From Cyanobacteriota bacterium (GTDB lineage: Bacteria; Cyanobacteriota; Vampirovibrionia; LMEP-6097): a stretch of 61,238 nt of DNA. Made by a program: the position numbers and the translations under genes. The notes beneath the pieces are model-generated. The model was not told the DNA's origin. It ran no database searches and was given only the letters and a program-made list of their open reading frames with translations. Below, piece by piece: positions 54,403-61,238 of the stretch (position 1 is the stretch's first letter; every line of letters starts with the position of its first letter). The stretch lies in contig JBEAYS010000078.1 in the NCBI GenBank assembly GCA_041170505.1, positions 1-61,238 on the forward strand, given 5' to 3'.

Positions 54403-54761
54403 ATGATTTTATTGAGGAGACCTTCTAGCTCGTTTTTGATATCTTGGTAAGTAAAAATATCAAAACTTGGTTTAACGCTAATTACTACTAATCCTAATTT
54501 TTTGAGTTTGCCAGATTTACTGTCTTTTAGGCGATAGAGGCGATAAACTTCTCTAATTTTTCTTTTGATGTGGTTGCGAACTACTGCGTATTTGGAAAAA
54601 TTCTTAGATACCACAAAACCAACTAGGGGCATACGGTCAACAAGCTGAGGCAAAGAGCTGGTGTATTTGATTTTAAAATTTTTAGAACTTACGATTTTAC
54701 CTTTTTGGTAAGCCTGTTGAAATAGCCCGTTTAGTTTAAGCCTTTCGTTCTGGGGTAGCAT
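54399..54761 (-). CDS. rnpA: Ribonuclease P protein component
   Basis: 120-aa basic protein directly downstream of rpmH. KYAVVRNHIKRKIRE matches the RNR motif region. Confidence 0.88.
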   Translation of the reverse strand: MLPQNERLKLNGLFQQAYQKGKIVSSKNFKIKYTSSLPQLVDRMPLVGFVVSKNFSKYAVVRNHIKRKIREVYRLYRLKDSKSGKLKKLGLVVISVKPSFDIFTYQDIKNELEGLLNKII

Positions 54762-54763
54762 AA

Positions 54764-54898
54764 CTAGACAGCTAGTTTTTTGCGACCTTTAGCGCGTCTA
54801 CGAGACAAAACAGCTCTGCCGCCTGGTGTGGCCATTCTTGCTCTAAAACCACTGGTTCTTTTACGTTTTCTTTGGGAGCCTTCAAGAGTTCTTCTCAT
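54764..54898 (-). CDS. rpmH: 50S ribosomal protein L34 (not in the supplied ORF track, under 60 aa)
   Basis: Manual translation gives [44 protein letters not shown]. Classic rpmH-rnpA order. Confidence 0.92.
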   Translation of the reverse strand: MRRTLEGSQRKRKRTSGFRARMATPGGRAVLSRRRAKGRKKLAV

Positions 54899-54921
54899 AA
54901 TATATGTATATTAGCATTTTT

Positions 54922-54960
54922 GTAGACATTGTCTACGAATTACTCAAAAATCAAGATAAT
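54922..54960 (+). repeat. Family-2 repeat arm, solo copy upstream of rpmH
   Basis: gtagacattgtctacgaattactcaaaaatcaagataat. The core GTAGACA-T-TGTCTAC is a perfect 7-1-7 palindrome. Confidence 0.75.
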
Positions 54961-54976
54961 TAATTCTTGACTCTTG

Positions 54977-55006
54977 CTCTAATTGTAACATTATTACAAT
55001 TAGAGC
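54977..55006. repeat. Family-3 palindrome, copy 4
   Basis: gctctaattgtaacattattacaattagagc, a 13-bp perfect stem. Confidence 0.7.
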
Positions 55007-55089
55007 AATTTTTTATAAGTTTTATGATGATATTTTGCAGGGTATTCTAAGGTTTTGGGGTTATTTCTTGGGTATTGCTGGGGTATTAT

Positions 55090-55228
55090 TTAAGGATTCG
55101 CTGAAAAACGAAGTTTTGAGGCGGATTCCGCCTAACAAAGATATTAAGGATCCACTCCCTGAGCCAAGAAAAAATCTTGGCTCAGGGTTGAAAAAGCGAC
55201 GAAGTCGCATTTTTCAGTGGATACTTAA
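55090..55228 (-). mobile_element. Family-1 MITE copy E (reverse orientation, full length)
   Basis: ttaaggattcgctgaaaaacgaagttttgaggcggattccgcc...ccctgagccaagaaaaaatcttggctcaggg...cagtggatacttaa. Confidence 0.85.
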
Positions 55229-55286
55229 ACAAGGGCTGGTTCCTAGAAATGTCTGTAGTATGTAAAATTAGATCAGGCTGTTTTTC

Positions 55287-56408
55287 ATGAAAGACGATAA
55301 ACTAACCGAAATCATGTTTAGGTCTCTTAAAAGAGATCCTAGCTTGGCTAGTTTTGATGACTGGAAAAACGCTGGGCTCTGGGCCCTGGAGATGAGGTTT
55401 TTTCCTCATGCGCTCACTTGCTTTCAAATGGCGCATCAATTACATAAAACCGATGAAATTATTCTTAATCAAATCAACGACACACTTGATCGCATCACTA
55501 ATGTTTTGGAATTCATACCAGTCAAGATCAAGGCTCAAGTAGAAGAAATTCGCCTTAATAATCCTCTTGATCCAGCGCGCTGGTTGGCAATAGCCAATTC
55601 CATGCTAAAAGATTTAACTTCATCAATGGCAGTATCCAAGGTAGATGCAGAGCTTTTAAGTGCGGCTAGATTTGCGCTTGCCTTCTCTGCTTACTGTGCA
55701 GGTAGGTCGGGTGTAGAGATCGAACCGATTAATTCTGTGCTGAAAGAACTCAATCCTAGTGTGGATTTGAGATCATTTGTTTGTCCAAAATTAAATTTTA
55801 GTAGTTTACCTAATACTGGCCTAAAAGCTGTTGCTTTGGGAGATAATGTTACGCTTGGGCTTCAGCCAAATTTTGAAATAAAATTCCAAGAAACTTATCA
55901 TTATCTCTGGTCTAAATCTTTGCAGAGACCTTTGTCTTTGGCTTGTAATGCGGTTTCTGGCTCGGGTGTCTTGGATTTAGCCTTGTATCTCGGGCGCGAT
56001 GTGATTTATTTTAAGCCTGATATTGCCCTTATAAATTTTGGTACTACTGATATTTGGTTAGGCAAGGATATTGCTCTTGCCTACGAAGTTTTATTAGAGG
56101 AGTGCGTAAAAATTCTAAAAGCTCATTCAATAAAAGTCATTATTATTACTCCTACACCGCATATCCCATCAGCCTGCCCGCCTGACCAAAGACCAAGTGG
56201 CTTAAATGATGCTGATCTTAGTGTCAAGCCTCTAGCAGAAGCTTGTCGAAGAGTGGCTTTTAGGACTAATACGGTTCTTGCCGATGCTTACGCTAAATTT
56301 CCAGAAGATCAAAACTTACTAAAAAGATATTTGGTCAATGGCTTCAATCAGCCTAATTTAGAAGGACAAAAGCTGATAAAATCAGCCCTAGATGAAGTCA
56401 CAATTTAA
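55287..56408 (+). CDS. Hypothetical protein with C-terminal SGNH/GDSL-hydrolase-like domain lacking the canonical catalytic residues
   Basis: Block I-like VALGDNVTLG (Asn where the Ser nucleophile is expected). Block III-like INFGTTD. Block V-like NGFNQPNLEG (Gln where His is expected). Confidence 0.5.
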   Translation: MKDDKLTEIMFRSLKRDPSLASFDDWKNAGLWALEMRFFPHALTCFQMAHQLHKTDEIILNQINDTLDRITNVLEFIPVKIKAQVEEIRLNNPLDPARWLAIANSMLKDLTSSMAVSKVDAELLSAARFALAFSAYCAGRSGVEIEPINSVLKELNPSVDLRSFVCPKLNFSSLPNTGLKAVALGDNVTLGLQPNFEIKFQETYHYLWSKSLQRPLSLACNAVSGSGVLDLALYLGRDVIYFKPDIALINFGTTDIWLGKDIALAYEVLLEECVKILKAHSIKVIIITPTPHIPSACPPDQRPSGLNDADLSVKPLAEACRRVAFRTNTVLADAYAKFPEDQNLLKRYLVNGFNQPNLEGQKLIKSALDEVTI

Positions 56409-57822
56409 AATTAAAAAAATGTCTAATGGTCCCTTTGCTATTGCTTTTGATAGTAATGAAAAAGTCGTCTTCATCGAAAATGCTTGTCCGGGCGATGAAG
56501 TGATGGCTGAAGTTTATGATGAACGAAAAGATTTTTCTTATGCTAATCTTAGTGAAATCCTCTCGCCAAGTGAACTTAGAGATTCTGATCCACCGTGTAA
56601 AATCCATAAAATCTGTGGATCATGTCAATGGCAACACATTAGTTATTCTGAGCAAATAAAGTTTAAAAAACAAAATCTAGAAGAGATGATAATTCAATCT
56701 AAACTCGATACTTCTATGATGACACAAGGCATCGAGGATTTTATCGGCATGGATGAGCCTTGGCACTTTAGAAACAAAATTACCTATCCTGTAAAAACCG
56801 TAAAAAGCACTGGCAGACTGCAAGCAGGGTATTTTAAACGTAACTCTAACGAGCTGATAAATGTAAAATTTTGTCCGATTCAGTATGATATTTTTGATGA
56901 GATCATGGAACGCGCTAAGGATCTTTGCTCTGAGCAATCCGTTACAGATCAGGCTCTTAGGCATATTCTCATTAGATCTAATGTCGATAAGACAGAGCTT
57001 TTACTTTGTTTTATTGTGCGTAAAGAATTATTTATCAGAGCTCAAAAGCATGCTATCACTAGAGTGCTTGAACAGCTCGCTAGCGAGTTTAAACAAATAA
57101 AAACAGTAACTATTAATTTTAATGATGGCTCGACTAACGTGATCCTTGGTGATGAAACTCACATCATAAAAGGCTCTGGCATGATTATAGAAAGTTTTGG
57201 AGATCTAAAACTTAAGATTTCTACTACTAGTTTTTTTCAGGTGAATACCAGTCAGTTTTTAAAAATCATTGATTTCATAAAAGATCACGTCTCCAGAAGC
57301 GAGCTTCCTAAAAGGGTTTTAGATCTTTATTGTGGGATTGGTACTATTTCGCTGAGTTTAGCTAAATCTATACCAGGGCTAAAAATTATTGGTGTCGAGG
57401 AAGTGAGCTCCGCGATTGAAAACGCTAGGTTAAACGCGAAGATTAATTCTATTGAGCATGCTGAATTTGTTTGTATGACGGCTGAGGAGTTTTTTGCTCA
57501 GGCTGGTTTTGGGCGCACTAATTTTGCGCATGCTGAAAATTCTGGACAAGCTAACCCTGCGCAAACCAAGATGCTGACTGATTTAGATCTAGATTGCGTT
57601 ATTGTCAATCCACCACGCAAGGGCTGTACCAATTCAGTTTTGGAGGCGATAGCTACAAGCTCAGTCAGGGAGCTGATTTACGTGAGCTGTAATCCGACTA
57701 CTTTGATTCGTGATATTAAGTTTTTGGAGAAGCATGGTTATGCCCTTAGATCTATAAAAGGGATTGATATGTTTCCGCATAGTTATCATTTTGAGACTCT
57801 GGCGATAATAGCGAAAAAATAG
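56392..57822 (+). CDS. rlmD: 23S rRNA (uracil-5-)-methyltransferase RlmD/RumA family (start may be ATG at 56419)
   Basis: TRAM-like N-terminus, Fe-S Cys cluster CKIHKICGSCQWQH, FFQVN, SAM motif DLYCGIGT, VNPPRKG, and C-terminal YVSCNP. Confidence 0.88.
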   Translation: MKSQFKIKKMSNGPFAIAFDSNEKVVFIENACPGDEVMAEVYDERKDFSYANLSEILSPSELRDSDPPCKIHKICGSCQWQHISYSEQIKFKKQNLEEMIIQSKLDTSMMTQGIEDFIGMDEPWHFRNKITYPVKTVKSTGRLQAGYFKRNSNELINVKFCPIQYDIFDEIMERAKDLCSEQSVTDQALRHILIRSNVDKTELLLCFIVRKELFIRAQKHAITRVLEQLASEFKQIKTVTINFNDGSTNVILGDETHIIKGSGMIIESFGDLKLKISTTSFFQVNTSQFLKIIDFIKDHVSRSELPKRVLDLYCGIGTISLSLAKSIPGLKIIGVEEVSSAIENARLNAKINSIEHAEFVCMTAEEFFAQAGFGRTNFAHAENSGQANPAQTKMLTDLDLDCVIVNPPRKGCTNSVLEAIATSSVRELIYVSCNPTTLIRDIKFLEKHGYALRSIKGIDMFPHSYHFETLAIIAKK

Positions 57823-57825
57823 TTC

Positions 57826-57880
57826 AATGTTTTTTGTTAAGAGGATTCCGTCTCAAAACTTTGTTTTAAGTAAATCCTTA
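57826..57880 (+). mobile_element. Family-1 MITE 3'-half relic
   Basis: ttttttgttaagaggattccgtctcaaaactttgttttaagtaaatccttaa. Its terminal TTAA contains the tsaD stop codon (minus strand). Confidence 0.65.
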
Positions 57881-58894
57881 ACTAGCTCTAGCGTAAACTT
57901 CTTGCTGAAGGGCTTTTGGATCAGCAGGCACGTGTGATTGTGATCCATGCTTGTATAAAAAATATCCAGCTGATGCGATCATCGCAGCATTATCAGTGCA
58001 GTATTTTAGAGATGGAACTATTAGATTAAATCCATTTTCTTGAGTAAATTCTTCTTTAAATTTAGCTCTAATAGCGGAATTGGCGGCGACTCCTCCAGCT
58101 AGTACTATTGAGCGCAGTTGAGTGTTTTGGCTTGCAAGCAAAACTTTTTCAAACAGAGTCCTTGCGATACACTCCTGAAAAGCTTTTGCTATTTGGGCTT
58201 TATCGCTCTGCCATTGTTCTGGTGAGATTTTTTCTTTTAGGCGTAGTACGGCAGTCTTAAGTCCAGAAAAACTAAAATTATAATCGCCCACTTTTGGGAC
58301 AGGGAAACGATAGGAGCCAGTATCTGTAGCTGTTTGAGCAAGCTTATCTAAATGAGGACCCCCTGGATAAGCCAAGTCCATAAGGCGTGCTACTTTATCA
58401 AAAGCCTCTCCAGCAGCGTCATCCACAGTCTCACCCATGATCTGCATATTAGTAAAATCAGGCATAGCGATTACCTGGGTATGTCCGCCACTTGCCAGCA
58501 TACACAAAAACGGTGGCTCTAAATCTGTCTCCAAAAAATTAGCGCAAACATGCCCGTAGAGATGGTTTACAGGTATTAGGGGTTTTTGGTGGATCCAAGC
58601 AAGAGTCTTGGCCACATTGAAACCTACCATTAGCGAGCCCACTAAGCCCGGTCCCTGAGTGACGGCGATGGCTGTAATATCTTTTATTGTGATTTGGGCT
58701 TCGGCTAGAGCGTCGTGAATTAGTCTGTTAATAGTCTCAAGGTGCATTCTAGACGCCACTTCTGGAATCACTCCGCCCCATTGTTTATGCTTGAAAATCT
58801 GTGAAAAAACTTTTGAGCTCAGGGCTTGACGGCCGTCTTTTATTACAGCTACAGCCGTTTCATCACAACTAGTCTCTATGCCTAATACGATCAT
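57878..58894 (-). CDS. tsaD: tRNA N6-adenosine threonylcarbamoyltransferase
   Basis: ILGIETSCDETAVAV, HLYGHV and SGGHTQ motifs of the Kae1/TsaD family. Confidence 0.95.
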   Translation of the reverse strand: MIVLGIETSCDETAVAVIKDGRQALSSKVFSQIFKHKQWGGVIPEVASRMHLETINRLIHDALAEAQITIKDITAIAVTQGPGLVGSLMVGFNVAKTLAWIHQKPLIPVNHLYGHVCANFLETDLEPPFLCMLASGGHTQVIAMPDFTNMQIMGETVDDAAGEAFDKVARLMDLAYPGGPHLDKLAQTATDTGSYRFPVPKVGDYNFSFSGLKTAVLRLKEKISPEQWQSDKAQIAKAFQECIARTLFEKVLLASQNTQLRSIVLAGGVAANSAIRAKFKEEFTQENGFNLIVPSLKYCTDNAAMIASAGYFLYKHGSQSHVPADPKALQQEVYARAS

Positions 58895-59690
58895 CCTGAG
58901 TTATAATATTACTATGTCTGAATTAACAAATATAGAAGCGGTTATTCTTGATAAAGATGGGGTTTTTGTAAATTTTCACAAGCTCTGGCTCCGCTTGATA
59001 GCTTATAGAGCTCAGTTGATAGCTGAGCGCGCGGCTGAGACCTCGGAAATGCTAATTAAGATTAGGACCAATTGTATTCGTGCGATGGGTATCGATGAAG
59101 ATGATGAAGCAATCGATCCTTATGGTCCTTGCTCATTGCCTGCTCAAGAAGTGAGAGTGGCTCTTGCGACTGCTTTGTTTATCACTTGTAACGAGCTTGA
59201 TCCTACATATAGTTGGAGAACAGCTTTTATGGTAGTCGATGAATCTATGAATCAAGCAAAAAACGAATTGAGCTTAGTTGATCTCAGCGAGTCGATTCCA
59301 GGCTCTATAGAAAAAATCCAAGAGCTAGCAAAATCTGGTTTTAAGATCGGTGTTTTTACTTCTGATTCCACCGAAAATATTAATTCTACTCTTGAAAAAT
59401 TTGGTATCAAAAATTTGATTTCTGTAATTCAAGCTGGCGAAATTAAGACTCAGGCTCTTTATGAAGAACTCTGCCAAAAATTAGGAGTAAAACCTTCTAA
59501 AACCCTTTTGGTGACTGATTCTCCGATCGATCTTAGCGTGGCACATAAAGCTGGTGCTAAAACTGTTGCGGTGCTTTCAGGAGTGATTGAAGCAAGCTCA
59601 GCTAGTTCTATGACTAAGGGCATCGCTGATCAAGTGATTCAATCTCTTGCTGAATTGAATATTAGTAATCCAAAAAAAGTAAAAGCTTGA
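58878..59690 (+). CDS. HAD-superfamily hydrolase (likely start ATG at 58914)
   Basis: Motif I VILDKDGVF, motif II GVFTSDS, motif IV-like LVTDSPIDL. Confidence 0.8.
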   Translation: MPNTIILSYNITMSELTNIEAVILDKDGVFVNFHKLWLRLIAYRAQLIAERAAETSEMLIKIRTNCIRAMGIDEDDEAIDPYGPCSLPAQEVRVALATALFITCNELDPTYSWRTAFMVVDESMNQAKNELSLVDLSESIPGSIEKIQELAKSGFKIGVFTSDSTENINSTLEKFGIKNLISVIQAGEIKTQALYEELCQKLGVKPSKTLLVTDSPIDLSVAHKAGAKTVAVLSGVIEASSASSMTKGIADQVIQSLAELNISNPKKVKA

Positions 59691-60091
59691 GTTCCTTTAC
59701 TGATCAAGTTTTAGAAATATATAGTGATGGAGCGTCTAAGGGCAATCCAGGCAGAGCCTCTATAGGTGCGGTTTTACTCTTAGATGGCAAGGAAGTTGCT
59801 CAAGTCTCAAAATCTATCGGAATCGCTACTAATAATATTGCTGAATATACCGCTTTGCTTGAGGCTCTAAAACTAGCTGGGCAAATGGGTTTTACCCGAA
59901 TTCACGTAAAAGCTGATTCAGAATTAATGATTCGCCAATTAAACGGTATCTATAAAGTAAAAAATTCCGATATAAAAGTTTTGTTTGATCAAATAGTTTT
60001 ACTAAAGATGGATTTTTCGACAATTTCGTTTACTCATGTGCCTCGCGAGCAAAACAAAAGAGCAGATTTCTTGGCTAACAAGGCTCTTTAA
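59687..60091 (+). CDS. rnhA: Ribonuclease HI family protein (TTG start)
   Basis: IYSDGASKGNPGRASIG, NNIAEYTALLEAL, ADSELMIRQL and REQNKRADFLAN supply the DEDD catalytic pattern. Confidence 0.88.
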   Translation: MSSFTDQVLEIYSDGASKGNPGRASIGAVLLLDGKEVAQVSKSIGIATNNIAEYTALLEALKLAGQMGFTRIHVKADSELMIRQLNGIYKVKNSDIKVLFDQIVLLKMDFSTISFTHVPREQNKRADFLANKAL

Positions 60092-60104
60092 TTCCCCTGA
60101 CTCT

Positions 60105-60230
60105 GCAGACATTGTCTACGAATTATTCGTTTGTCTAAATAATCCACCTCCAATTGGAATATAGTTACAATTGGGACCTTTATATTAGGTAATTATTTTG
60201 ATTTTTGCGTAATTCGTAGACAATGTCTAC
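60105..60230. repeat. Family-2 repeat, inverted pair (126-bp MITE-like unit) between convergent genes
   Basis: Perfect 19-bp inverted termini agacattgtctacgaatta (60107-60125) and taattcgtagacaatgtct (60210-60228). The stop codon of ORF 60227-61066 lies at the right end. Confidence 0.8.
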
Positions 60231-61066
60231 TTTAGCTCATGCTCGATGCTAACAGGCATTTCTTGGTATTTTAAAAAATTAGGATCTTTAATAATTGGAT
60301 TAGTTGGATCTGAAGGGTTGTAATTACTGTATGTTATTGGGTGCTCAACATAGCTTGGGACGCCTCTCTCTTGCTTATAGGTATCATAATCTCTTTTGTT
60401 AGCTTTTGCGCGGTTACGAGCAACGATAAACGAACCGATATGTGGAATTACTCCCAGACCGTAAGCCCATGTAAGATTGTGCTGATCAAAATTACCAGGA
60501 TAATTTAGCGGTCCTACTGTATCTAGAGGTGCATAATTTAAAAAATCTACTACTAGACTTCGTTTTGATTGAGGTTTATTAAAATCACTGTTATAGCCCC
60601 AGCCAGCTTTTAATTGTTTGTTGTCTTGCCTGTCTCCAAGCGGTCCGCTGGCGGCATAAGGATCTATTCTTCCACCAGTGATATAACCTTTATCAAATTG
60701 TTCTTTATAGACTAGATCTTGATTGGCGGGTGGAATTAAGTCAGGATTTGGTTTTTGGAGGTCTGTAAATAACTCGATGTTTCTTACAAGATCTCCGTTT
60801 GGAGTATATAGCCCTGTAAAACCATTATTATGTTTGATTATCACTTCATCAGCTTCAGTTTTTTTGATAGTGTCCTGCCAGTTATCGGTAAAACTAACTT
60901 CTATAACCCTTTTGCCATGCAGGATTCCACGTTCTTTGTCACTGATCTCTAGAGCTTTTAGACCGACAAGTAAAATTATATTTTCATCATAAATAGCTAT
61001 ATTATTGGCCCAGGCCAAATTAAAATTAAAAAAAATAATTATTATTAAGCAAAAAAATTTAGTCAT
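60227..61066 (-). CDS. Hypothetical secreted protein
   Basis: N-terminal signal peptide MTKFFCLIIIIFFNFNLAWA. No recognised family. Confidence 0.5.
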   Translation of the reverse strand: MTKFFCLIIIIFFNFNLAWANNIAIYDENIILLVGLKALEISDKERGILHGKRVIEVSFTDNWQDTIKKTEADEVIIKHNNGFTGLYTPNGDLVRNIELFTDLQKPNPDLIPPANQDLVYKEQFDKGYITGGRIDPYAASGPLGDRQDNKQLKAGWGYNSDFNKPQSKRSLVVDFLNYAPLDTVGPLNYPGNFDQHNLTWAYGLGVIPHIGSFIVARNRAKANKRDYDTYKQERGVPSYVEHPITYSNYNPSDPTNPIIKDPNFLKYQEMPVSIEHELK

Positions 61067-61118
61067 TAACTCCCCATGTTTTGTAAATTAAGTCTAATAT
61101 TTCTAGGTTATTAATTGA

Positions 61119-61238
61119 TTAAGGATCCACTGAAAAATGCGACTTCGTCGATTTTTCAACCCTGAGCCAAGAGAAAATCTTGGCTCAGGGAGTGGATCCT
61201 TAATATTTTTGTTAGGCGGATTCCGCCTCAAAACTTCG
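61119..61238 (+). mobile_element. Family-1 MITE copy F (truncated by the window end)
   Basis: ttaaggatccactgaaaaatgcgacttcgtcgatttttcaaccctgagccaagagaaaatcttggctcaggg... Confidence 0.85.

Noticed and set aside
1954-61238. Possibility that the recurring ~139-bp element is a CRISPR array or part of one
   Set aside because: Copies are kilobases apart and occur in both orientations. They are bounded by TTAA and terminal inverted repeats. There is no regular repeat-spacer periodicity and there are no cas genes.

Overview
This is a low-GC bacterial chromosomal window; I cannot assign a lineage from sequence alone. The flanks are housekeeping genes. On the left: fumC, tRNA-Gly(UCC), a U32 peptidase, an ArnT-like GT83 glycosyltransferase, murG, a delta-9-type desaturase, an RsbV/RsbU-RsbW-like partner-switching pair, murD and ftsW. 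On the right: an AEC transporter, a TIGR01212-type radical SAM protein, nadA, rpmF, peptide ABC transporter parts, rpmH-rnpA, rlmD-like, tsaD, a HAD hydrolase and rnhA. Between about 18.8 and 45.1 kb lies an accessory, defence-type island with no integrase or transposase. It holds a decayed mrr gene, a DEDDh exonuclease plus DUF2779 nuclease pair, and a frameshifted XRE regulator. It also holds a tightly coupled four-gene operon: SNF2 helicase, a 1554-aa N6-adenine methyltransferase, a 2113-aa DExH helicase with DUF1998 and a nuclease-like tail, and a UvrD-like helicase. The rest of the island is a GIY-YIG plus nucleotidyltransferase pair, a Fic protein and an array of DUF1016 (YhcG-like) nuclease cassettes. 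The operon resembles DISARM class 1, but it lacks the PLD nuclease and has a Druantia DruE-sized fusion protein; this is my top candidate for a new system variant. The window is also rich in small repeats. These are a ~139-bp TTAA-flanked MITE (9 copies or relics, two interrupting DUF1016 paralogs at the same codon), a GTAGACAWTGTCTAC-centred ~40-bp repeat (10 arms) and a CTAATTGTAACA palindrome family. All functional calls rest on motif recognition by eye; no searches were run.
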